Source of the DNA: a virus
Lineage: Duplodnaviria; Caudoviricetes
DNA length: 28,617 nt
Virus record (IMG/VR): IMGVR_UViG_3300037483_000112
Coordinates: 1-28,617 of that record
Direction: 5' to 3' (one strand)
Positions within the stretch are counted from its first letter, which is position 1, and every line of letters begins with the position of its first letter. The notes under the pieces are model-generated. The model had not been told where the DNA came from, made no database searches, and saw nothing but the letters and a program-made list of their open reading frames with translations. The position numbers and the translations under genes were made by a program. Shown one piece after another: positions 1-6,847 of this stretch.

Positions 1-68
1 TTCTCTGCCAGCAGGTGCGCCCGGCTCGCCAACTCGATCGCGCGACGGTTCTCTGTCGTCTCGGGCAC
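1..68 (-). CDS. hypothetical protein, 5' end only (runs off window)
   Basis: GGAGG RBS 8 nt before GTG at 68; frame (M)PETTENRRAIELASRAHLLAE... stays open to the window edge. Confidence 0.4.
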   Translation of the reverse strand, partial: MPETTENRRAIELASRAHLLAE

Positions 69-91
69 TGGTCCGGCCTCCTGCCATATTC

Positions 92-120
92 TAGACGGCG
101 CCCCGTGTTTCTGCTATGTT
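92..120 (+). promoter_or_regulatory. sigma70-type promoter for the plus-strand small-gene operon
   Basis: TAGACG (92-97), 17-nt spacer, TATGTT (115-120) with an extended -10 TG; 33 nt before ATG 154. Confidence 0.5.
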
Positions 121-153
121 CTCCCCACCGAAACCATTCCATGGGGATCAGAC

Positions 154-324
154 ATGACCGCAGAAGATGCCACCTGCTACGTCGCCCAGCTCCAGGCCAA
201 GGCCGAGATTCTCCGGCTTCTCATCGCTGCGGATCGCTACGCCAGCGCTTCCGAGCTGGAGGCCCAGGCGGTCAGCATGGCAAGCGAGCTGATCCATGCT
301 GTGCCCGGCGTCGGCGAGCCCTGA
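154..324 (+). CDS. small hypothetical protein (56 aa, MTAEDATCYVAQLQAKAEILRLL...)
   Basis: Hand-translated, below the ORF-track cutoff; GGGGA RBS; follows the promoter; next ATG starts 2 nt after its stop. Confidence 0.5.
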   Translation: MTAEDATCYVAQLQAKAEILRLLIAADRYASASELEAQAVSMASELIHAVPGVGEP

Positions 325-326
325 GA

Positions 327-530
327 ATGGCAAAGGACGATCTCCAGATTGAGCGTCACCAAGCCATCTCGGGCAAGACGCAGGTTGCCAGCTCCGGGGC
401 TATCCAGCTCGTGCCGGGCTACAACTATGTGGACGGTCGCAAGCAGTCTCCGTCCCCACGGTCCGCAAGCCAGAAGGGGCGCAAGGGCAATGCGCCATCT
501 CCATCCAGCCGTGGTGACAGGGGGGAATGA
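327..530 (+). CDS. small hypothetical protein (67 aa, MAKDDLQIERHQ...SRGDRGE)
   Basis: 3' part of track ORF 15..530; ATGA overlap with the next gene; C-terminus resembles that of the next gene. Confidence 0.5.
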   Translation: MAKDDLQIERHQAISGKTQVASSGAIQLVPGYNYVDGRKQSPSPRSASQKGRKGNAPSPSSRGDRGE

Positions 531-817
531 TGCTCTACCTCTTCGCCGTGCTGTTTGCCGTCTTCCTGGCCCTGCCTGCTGCGGCCGAGCCCGGCGGTTC
601 CCAGGATCGCGAGAGTCGGATCAATGCCAGGGAATCCAAGGCAAGCGGCAACCAGACCCCATACGGCTTTACCCAGGATGTCCTGCTCGGGACCGGGCCT
701 AAAGGTGCGGAGGGCGGCCACGCCTTCAATCAGCCGGTAGGCAGGGACAATACGGATGCGCGGGGAGCAAAGGGTGCCAATGCCAATACCGGCAGCCGAG
801 GCGCCCGCGGCGAGTGA
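527..817 (+). CDS. small secreted Gly-rich protein with Sec signal peptide
   Basis: Hydrophobic N-terminus LYLFAVLFAVFLALPAAA ending in an AxA site; AGGGGGGA RBS; ATGA coupling. Confidence 0.7.
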   Translation: MMLYLFAVLFAVFLALPAAAEPGGSQDRESRINARESKASGNQTPYGFTQDVLLGTGPKGAEGGHAFNQPVGRDNTDARGAKGANANTGSRGARGE

Positions 818-822
818 CCACC

Positions 823-845
823 GGGCCGCTCAGGCAGGGCGGCCC
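823..845. terminator. GC-rich hairpin between convergent genes
   Basis: GGGCCGC (823-829) pairs with GCGGCCC (839-845), between the stops at 817 and 847; no U-tract. Confidence 0.35.
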
Positions 846-846
846 C

Positions 847-1143
847 TCACCCGATCTCCAGCTTCCCCATCAACCGGTAGCCGTAGCCCCATTGGTTCTC
901 AATCGTTACCGGCCAGCCCACGATCTTGCGCCGCATGTTGCACACCGGCACGGCGATTGAGTTCTTCAGGTCTTGCGGAAACTGGCCGGGCCAGATGGCA
1001 CTGCCGATGCGCTCCAGCGGCATGAAGTGCTCCCCGCCCTGCCGCAGGACGCCGAGTATCTGACATTCCTGAGGCGTCAGCCTCGCCACGAGGCCGTTCC
1101 ATAGCAGCCGGCCGTCTCCGGGCACGAATACGACGGCGCTCAT
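847..1143 (-). CDS. stand-alone OmpR/PhoB-type winged-helix DNA-binding protein (CtrA C-domain-like)
   Basis: RLTPQECQILGVL...SIAVPVCNMRRKI...IENQWGYGYRL fits the Trans_reg_C pattern (LTxxE, recognition helix, xxxGxGY wing); no receiver domain. Confidence 0.8.
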   Translation of the reverse strand: MSAVVFVPGDGRLLWNGLVARLTPQECQILGVLRQGGEHFMPLERIGSAIWPGQFPQDLKNSIAVPVCNMRRKIVGWPVTIENQWGYGYRLMGKLEIG

Positions 1144-1216
1144 CGTACCACCACATGGCGCCGGTAATCAGCCGGAGCGGCCAGAGCAGAAGGCCCGCCA
1201 GAACGCGCACGGTGGC

Positions 1217-1408
1217 TCATGGCGAGCCTCCTTTGCCGGGGAAGCCGAAGTATCCCCAAACGCTGAGAAGCCCCCCCAGGACCATCAGGGCCAGCCAGAA
1301 CACCCGCTTGACGACAGACCGCCCGATCTCAGCGTAAACCCGCTGGAAAACCAGCTCCTCGGCCCGCCGGGCGATCCGCTCGTCGCGTTCGTCCAGATCG
1401 GACCTCAC
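1217..1408 (-). CDS. small single-pass membrane protein, possible holin
   Basis: Charged N-terminus followed by one TM segment VFWLALMVLGGLLSVWGYFGF; GTGA overlap with the upstream gene; late-region position. Confidence 0.5.
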   Translation of the reverse strand: MRSDLDERDERIARRAEELVFQRVYAEIGRSVVKRVFWLALMVLGGLLSVWGYFGFPGKGGSP

Positions 1409-1710
1409 GACGGGTCACCCACGGGTGGCGGGAGAACCGGCTGCCAGGCCGTGCCCCAGCTCGTCATGACCGAGCACCCGCCGGGGATCGTCACCACGAC
1501 CGACCACGTTCCGTCCGGGCCGGTCAGAACCTCGACCATCTGGCCGCGGTTGTTGACCCCTCGGAAGGCCAGGGATTCATCGGCTATGGCGGCGAGACGG
1601 GAGATGATTTGCGCCCGGGTCGGGTTACAGGCCTGTTCTGCAGCCCGCAAATCTAACGGAAAGTTAACAAGCCAGACGGCGAGCGCCGCGGCTATCGTTC
1701 GTGCAACCAT
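1405..1710 (-). CDS. secreted/periplasmic hypothetical protein
   Basis: GAGGA RBS; signal-peptide-like N-terminus; two Cys and a GTWSVVVTxPGG..W pattern that I recall from small alphaproteobacterial exported proteins. Confidence 0.7.
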   Translation of the reverse strand: MVARTIAAALAVWLVNFPLDLRAAEQACNPTRAQIISRLAAIADESLAFRGVNNRGQMVEVLTGPDGTWSVVVTIPGGCSVMTSWGTAWQPVLPPPVGDPS

Positions 1711-1740
1711 TCGCGTATCCTCTGACTCAGGATTGCGGGT

Positions 1741-1790
1741 GGCCAGGGACGGCGGGGTGCTGATCCCACTCCGCCGTCCCGTCTTTGGCC
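1741..1790. promoter_or_regulatory. strong hairpin in divergent intergenic region
   Basis: GGGACGGCGG (1746-1755) pairs with CCGCCGTCCC (1771-1780), extended by GGTG/CACT; outer GGCCA/TGGCC pair. Confidence 0.5.
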
Positions 1791-1823
1791 TGAATTGTAG
1801 GCGCCTCTCAACCGGAGGACTAG

Positions 1824-1970
1824 ATGAAATACCTTATAGCTATGGCGATTTTCATGCTCGCCGCACCCGTCCTGGCCTGCCCGGCCAAGGACCCGCAGGC
1901 CGTTGCCGCGCCCCATATCGAGCCCGCGTCGGTTGGGCAAGCGATAGCACCGCAGGGGCCGAAGGGGTAG
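1824..1970 (+). CDS. small secreted protein (48 aa, MKYLIAMAIFMLAAPVLACPAKDPQ...QGPKG)
   Basis: Hand-translated, missed by the track; strong GGAGGA RBS; classic signal peptide ending VLA. Confidence 0.7.
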   Translation: MKYLIAMAIFMLAAPVLACPAKDPQAVAAPHIEPASVGQAIAPQGPKG

Positions 1971-1980
1971 ACTGCCAGAC

Positions 1981-2277
1981 ATGCGATGGTCGCTCGCCCT
2001 GCTTTTTGTCGCCCTATCCGTCGCACCATCAGTTGTCGTCTATAACCGCATCCTGTTGCCGGCCGTAGCCTATGAACATGCGGGCGACCCCTGGTGTCGG
2101 CATACCGCGCCCAAGGCGCTCTGCAAGCCGATGCGTTGGACGATAGACCGCGACCCGCTCTGCCTGTTCGCGCCGAACGATGCGGCGGAATGTCCGATGG
2201 CCGAGTACGATCCGCTCGGCATCCTCACTCCCGAGGAGCCAGAACGCCGCCGGTCAACAGCGCTGCCGGACGGGTAA
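1981..2277 (+). CDS. membrane-anchored/exported Cys-containing protein, candidate superinfection exclusion protein
   Basis: Hydrophobic N-terminus, 4 Cys; convergent with the last ejection gene (53-nt overlap), like sieA after gene 16 in P22; shares YDPLGIL with the ejection protein at 4281..5426. Confidence 0.6.
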   Translation: MRWSLALLFVALSVAPSVVVYNRILLPAVAYEHAGDPWCRHTAPKALCKPMRWTIDRDPLCLFAPNDAAECPMAEYDPLGILTPEEPERRRSTALPDG

Positions 2278-4291
2278 TTCCTCCGGCCAGGAGCCCGCGC
2301 ATAGCCCCCGATGTGCTGCTGCCAGCGCTTTGGGCAATCAGATTCGCCAGGGTCAGCCGCACGACGTTTGGATCGGCCGAGAACAGCATGGGCGCCAGCT
2401 CGTCCGCCGTTGCCGATGTCATGCCCTGAGAGCGGCGCAGAATCGTGTTTGCAAGTTGCCCCCCCGCGCCGCGAAGATCGCCCGTCATGAGCGCGCCCAA
2501 CATGCTCGGATCGGTCGACATATCAGCCTTCTCCGCCTCGATCCGCGCCGTAGGCGACCCGCCTCGCACGAATTGAGCCGCCGAGTACATCTGTTGCTCG
2601 CGGCCGATGCTCATCAGGAATTGATTGAAGCTGGCTGCATTCGGAAAGGCTGCCTTCACCTTGTCGCGGAATGCCTCCTTGTTGAAAAACCGCTTCACCA
2701 CGTCCGCGCCGTCCGGTGCAGAGTCGATCCTGTCCTGAATGGCCCGGACCACGCCGAGACGGAAGAAATCCTTGTCCGCATCCGACATGCCGGCAACACG
2801 GGCGGTCGACAGCTCGGCATCCGGGCTGAAGATGTTTCGGCCAAACGCCATCGCGTCGAGCGACTGGCTGGGGCCGGAATAGGCGTCGAGCGCCTTGCCG
2901 TAGACCGGGACCAGTTGCCGCAGTTCATTTCTCATTGCAGTGCGCGTGGCGTCGATTGCCCGGCCGGATTCATCCAGCCGCAGCCGGCCCGTCACGGGGT
3001 CGCGGTATTGCTCGATCACGTCATCCAGGCCGCGCTTGACGTAATCCCATGTCTGCATTGAAGGAGTCTTGACCAAGTTCGCCTCGCCGGTCAACTGATC
3101 CCAGCTAATGCCAAGGTCGGCGGGATCGCGCCCCTCTTCAGCGGCGATACGGTAGGCCCGCGCAAGGGCTGCCTTCATGGAAGGCCGCTTAATCAGCGCG
3201 TCCAGGGTTTCGTTTGTGACGTTGACTGACAGATACGCTTCATCGTACAGCGGCGCCGCGTCTTGCGCCCGCTTGGTAATGATAGCCTGCATCGTCGGGT
3301 AGAGTTCCTCGCCGGTCTGTCCGAGAGCGGTTTTCAGGTCCGCCGCAACCCGTGTCGATTGTCCGCCGCCCATGCGTACGGGCACGCCGCCCACGTCTAT
3401 CTGCGGACCTTCCTGCCGCGTGCGCAACAGCTCTGTCGCTTCCTGCCTCGCCGCAGAGGGAATGCTATACGCGGCTCTCGCAAGCCCCTTCAGGTTCTCG
3501 CCACCAAGCTCAAACAGGGCCTCCGGCTTCGCACCGCGCATACGCCAGTTGTTGTAGCGCACCAGCGCGTCTTCTGGCGTGATGTTGTCACGCTCCATCG
3601 CTCGCAGGATTTGGTTTTTCGCGGACTCCTCGACGTTCCTGAGCCCAGCAAAATCAGCCACCTTGCCGCCGACCTTGCCAGCCGCAACGATAGCGATGGG
3701 CAAGAGGGCGCCAAGCGCGCCACCCGCCCCGGCACCGAACAAGCCACCTTCAACGCGCTCCGCGGCCCCGCCTTCAGCATGACCAATACCGGCCAGACCG
3801 CCGTAGCCCGCGCCCGTCGCGGCGCCGGTCTTTATCGTCTGCGGGAGCGTCTGCTTGACCAGCGACGTTGCGAGCTTGGCGGGAGCGGTAGCGAAGCCGC
3901 CCGTAAACTCAGCGAGGGTGGAGGCTATCGGCGCCTGCTCTTGAAACGCCTTCAGGTCTGAGCGCTTCTCAGACAGGATGCGATCGTAAGCCTCGCCCAT
4001 CTGCGGCGCCTCACCCGAGAGCATGTTTCTCAGCGCTGCACCAGTTGCGCCGCCGGCCGCGCCAACCTCATCGGCGAAACCGAACGTAACGCCCTGTTCG
4101 ACGGCGCCGGCCAAGCTCTTCAGATAGCCCGGCGTATCAATGCCAAGGCCCTTGAAGAACCCGGCACGATCTACCTTGCCCTTGTAGTTCTTCTCATAGT
4201 AGGCATCGATGAAGTCACGATCCTGCATCGCCTGATATTCAGGCCGGGAATTCTTCAGGGCGATGAGCTTGGTCAGGGCCTCATTTGGCAC
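2225..4291 (-). CDS. large DNA ejection/internal virion protein (P22 gp16 position)
   Basis: Long Ala/Gly-rich helical ORF with QGVTFGFADE and Gly-rich hydrophobic segments typical of podophage ejection proteins; GTG at 4291 with GGAGG RBS preferred over the track start 4357. Confidence 0.75.
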   Translation of the reverse strand: MPNEALTKLIALKNSRPEYQAMQDRDFIDAYYEKNYKGKVDRAGFFKGLGIDTPGYLKSLAGAVEQGVTFGFADEVGAAGGATGAALRNMLSGEAPQMGEAYDRILSEKRSDLKAFQEQAPIASTLAEFTGGFATAPAKLATSLVKQTLPQTIKTGAATGAGYGGLAGIGHAEGGAAERVEGGLFGAGAGGALGALLPIAIVAAGKVGGKVADFAGLRNVEESAKNQILRAMERDNITPEDALVRYNNWRMRGAKPEALFELGGENLKGLARAAYSIPSAARQEATELLRTRQEGPQIDVGGVPVRMGGGQSTRVAADLKTALGQTGEELYPTMQAIITKRAQDAAPLYDEAYLSVNVTNETLDALIKRPSMKAALARAYRIAAEEGRDPADLGISWDQLTGEANLVKTPSMQTWDYVKRGLDDVIEQYRDPVTGRLRLDESGRAIDATRTAMRNELRQLVPVYGKALDAYSGPSQSLDAMAFGRNIFSPDAELSTARVAGMSDADKDFFRLGVVRAIQDRIDSAPDGADVVKRFFNKEAFRDKVKAAFPNAASFNQFLMSIGREQQMYSAAQFVRGGSPTARIEAEKADMSTDPSMLGALMTGDLRGAGGQLANTILRRSQGMTSATADELAPMLFSADPNVVRLTLANLIAQSAGSSTSGAMRGLLAGGITRPAALLTGGVLAPRE

Positions 4292-5426
4292 TGGAGCCTC
4301 CGAGGATACCGAGCGGGTCATAGTTGGGATCGGTTGTCGGATCGCCCGCGCTGACACCGCCGCTTGCCAAGGGCACGATGATCTTGCTGGGGTCGATCAT
4401 GTACTTCTTGGCAATGTCGCTGTAGCTCTGCACCATCGAATCATACTGGTTCTGATAGACGGCGTATTGCTGTTCAGCCGCTTGTACGAACTGCTGCCGC
4501 TGCTCGGGCGTCAACCGCACGCCTCTCAGAATATTGTTGTATGTCGCCGTGATCTGGGCAGGAACGCCGGCCGTCTGCTCGGCCGTCGCAAACTCGCCTT
4601 CTCGCACCGTTGAACTGGGATCAATGGTCTTCATGAAGCCGAAGACCAGGGCCACGTCACCAGCACCCGTGTTGAGCGTTGCAGCCGAGCGGACCTTGTT
4701 GAGGCCAACCTGCGCCTCGCGTACCGGCTTGGTATGCGCGATAAACTCATCCCGCAACGTATTCTCATTCTTGAAACCTGCCTCGCCGCCGCCATCTTCG
4801 CCCGGCGCTTTCGACGGCATGCCGAGAGCTTCGCTAGGATCACGCCAGACCATCGTCTTGGTATTCGGGTCATAGACTTGGATCGGCGCGCGCGGGGCCG
4901 GGGGCTGCTGCGGCGCAATATAGGTATCCTTCTTCAGCAGGGCGTCGTACTCGGCTTGCGTGATGCGGCCCGCCTCAAGATCGGCCCGAAGCTTACCGGC
5001 CCCGGACTGCGCACCGCCGCCTTCCATTTGCTTCATGACGTAATCGCTGGCCGCAGTAAGCGCGCCATCAACATCGCCGCCTGCGTAGCGGGTCCGCACG
5101 ATGCTGTCGACCTCCGGCGGGAGCTGGTTGGTTTGCAGGTACTTCTCAACCGCGTCCGCCATCTTGTCGCGCTGCTCTTCGGTAAGCGCAGCCTTTCGCT
5201 CGTCGCGCTCCAGCCCCCGGAGCTGAAGGTCATAGAGCTGGTCCTGCCGCTGCTGATTGAGCGCGCCCTGCTGGCCCTGCTGGAACGCCCCGAGACCGCG
5301 CCCGAGGCTGGACAGCACACCCCCCTGCCCGCCCTGCATCAGGGCCGAGCCTAAGCTGAGAACGCCCTGGCCGAATGCCTGCCGGCGGGGATCGGTAGCG
5401 GGATTGGAGAGAACGCCGAATGCCAT
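4281..5426 (-). CDS. DNA ejection protein (P22 gp20 position)
   Basis: GGAGG RBS; Gly/Gln-rich N-terminus, coiled-coil-like middle, DPSSTVREGE motif, C-terminal DPLGI; synteny. Confidence 0.7.
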   Translation of the reverse strand: MAFGVLSNPATDPRRQAFGQGVLSLGSALMQGGQGGVLSSLGRGLGAFQQGQQGALNQQRQDQLYDLQLRGLERDERKAALTEEQRDKMADAVEKYLQTNQLPPEVDSIVRTRYAGGDVDGALTAASDYVMKQMEGGGAQSGAGKLRADLEAGRITQAEYDALLKKDTYIAPQQPPAPRAPIQVYDPNTKTMVWRDPSEALGMPSKAPGEDGGGEAGFKNENTLRDEFIAHTKPVREAQVGLNKVRSAATLNTGAGDVALVFGFMKTIDPSSTVREGEFATAEQTAGVPAQITATYNNILRGVRLTPEQRQQFVQAAEQQYAVYQNQYDSMVQSYSDIAKKYMIDPSKIIVPLASGGVSAGDPTTDPNYDPLGILGGSSAK

Positions 5427-5435
5427 GTCTGCCTC

Positions 5436-6407
5436 CTACCACCAGCCGCCGGCCAAGCCGAGTCCGCCGATCCCGAGGCCGAGCCCGCCGAGCTGGGCAA
5501 GCAGGTTGTTCTGGCTCGGCTGTGTCGACGTGCTGGTCCCGCCAACCGTCCCGCCGGAGATGAGCGCCATGTACCGGGCGAGCTGGTCCTGCGGACTCTG
5601 CTGGGCAAAGTCGAACCGCTCGCGGTCGGCGTTGATCTGAGCCTGCCCGTACTGGTCACGCATCTGGCCGGCCTGTCCCACGGCGGCGATGTCCTGATAG
5701 TCGGTCGCGGCCAGGCTGGGAGCGTTGCCGGCCGCCGCTTCCTGGATGCCCCGCTCCTGTCCGTAGGTTCCCGCGAGGGCGCCTGCCCCGGCTAGACGGT
5801 TCGCCACGTCTTGCTGACTGAGGCCGCCGATAGCCTGCTGAGCGTTAAGCTGATTGGCTCGCTCCTGGTTATAGGCCCCGCCGTACATTCCCGTAGCGAG
5901 CTGGTTCAAGCCCTGCTGGAACGTGTCCTGATGGGCGCCAGACCCATACCGGCCGGCGCCTGAAAACAGGCTATCGACATTCGACCGGATGTTGCCGGCG
6001 GCCTGATTGAACGATGCATCCAGGTAGGGGTTAGCGCCGATGAAATCTCCCTGCGCAGTGGATTGCAGCATCCCCAAGGCTGGGTTGACATAGCCCCCCT
6101 GGGCCGCCTGGGAAAAGTACGGATTGGCAGGATTGGCGTTGAGGTACTGCCCGCCAACGGTGCCCTGCTGCTGCTGCTGCGCTCCCTGCACAAGCGGGTT
6201 GCCGGTCATGCCCCTGCTGGCGAGCGCGCCGATCCCGGCCTGCGTCTCCGGGCTCTGGGGGGCCAAGGTCGAACCGGGATAGAACGACGGGCCGCCCGTC
6301 TGGTACTGGTTTTGCGCCTCGCCGAGCCCGTACTGGATATAGGGCTGGGCATACTCCGGGGGGTCGTTCCGCTGGACGACCGTGTCAGAACCGCCGCCGC
6401 CGCTCAT
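5436..6407 (-). CDS. DNA ejection/pilot protein (P22 gp7 position)
   Basis: MSGGGGSDTVVQ..PPEYAQPY start, repeated NPY motifs, Gln/Gly/Ala-rich, hydrophobic Gly-rich C-terminus; GAGGAG RBS and ATGA overlap at 6407. Confidence 0.7.
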   Translation of the reverse strand: MSGGGGSDTVVQRNDPPEYAQPYIQYGLGEAQNQYQTGGPSFYPGSTLAPQSPETQAGIGALASRGMTGNPLVQGAQQQQQGTVGGQYLNANPANPYFSQAAQGGYVNPALGMLQSTAQGDFIGANPYLDASFNQAAGNIRSNVDSLFSGAGRYGSGAHQDTFQQGLNQLATGMYGGAYNQERANQLNAQQAIGGLSQQDVANRLAGAGALAGTYGQERGIQEAAAGNAPSLAATDYQDIAAVGQAGQMRDQYGQAQINADRERFDFAQQSPQDQLARYMALISGGTVGGTSTSTQPSQNNLLAQLGGLGLGIGGLGLAGGWW

Positions 6408-6847
6408 AGGTCTCTCCTCAGGATAACAGCAGTTGACCACTCGGGGCCGAGCACCTTGGCCCAGCCCTGCCGACCGTGGCGGACCTCAAGCCCGTCGCAG
6501 CCTTCGGACCGAGCCCATGCCATCAGGACGGGCAGGTAGTTGAACCACCGGTCCATGCCCTCGCCGGCCAGAAGGAACAGGTTGCACAGCAACCGGCGGG
6601 GATATTTGGCAATCTGAGTGATGCAGATGGCCTCGATCCGGTCGCTCTGGGCCACATGAAGCTGCATCCGCCGCTCGATTAACGCTGCCTTCACGTCCTC
6701 GGGCCAATGCGTGCCGGAGCAGTATTCCAGGCCCAAGGCCACAAGCCCCTCGATCTCCGGCCAGACGGCCTCGATCCGGTCGGATTTGACGCCGATCAGG
6801 ACAGGCAGACAGTCCATTGTTTCACGTGAAACGGACTGTGATTTCAC
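6404..6847 (-). CDS. phage GNAT-like fold protein preceding the ejection genes
   Basis: VWPxI...QL...TQIxxYP...AG..W...WARxxGC...GRxGW pattern of the small protein usually found before podophage ejection genes. Confidence 0.65.
   Translation of the reverse strand: MKSQSVSRETMDCLPVLIGVKSDRIEAVWPEIEGLVALGLEYCSGTHWPEDVKAALIERRMQLHVAQSDRIEAICITQIAKYPRRLLCNLFLLAGEGMDRWFNYLPVLMAWARSEGCDGLEVRHGRQGWAKVLGPEWSTAVILRRDL
6818..6833. promoter_or_regulatory. parS: parS-like centromere palindrome
   Basis: TGTTTCACGTGAAACG matches 15/16 of the bacterial parS consensus TGTTTCACGTGAAACA; perfect 14-bp core. Confidence 0.65.

Noticed and set aside
15-333. Track ORFs 15..530 (full length) and 148..333 (minus)
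   Set aside because: The promoter at 92-120 and the RBS-supported ORF 154..324 favour plus-strand starts at 154 and 327.
899-1220. ORF 899..1210 (hydrophobic start) and a 26-aa ORF 1140..1220 coupled to both neighbours
   Set aside because: The first overlaps most of the well-supported wHTH gene out of frame. The second has a good RBS but is too short and featureless to call. An Rz/Rz1-like nested pair was considered, but no lipobox was found.
1-1710. Complete lysis cassette
   Set aside because: Only a holin-like membrane ORF is visible; no endolysin catalytic motif was recognised, so it may lie outside the window.
2180-3961. Plus-strand ORFs 2180..3061 and 3263..3961
   Set aside because: Arg/His-rich shadow frames opposite the large ejection gene.
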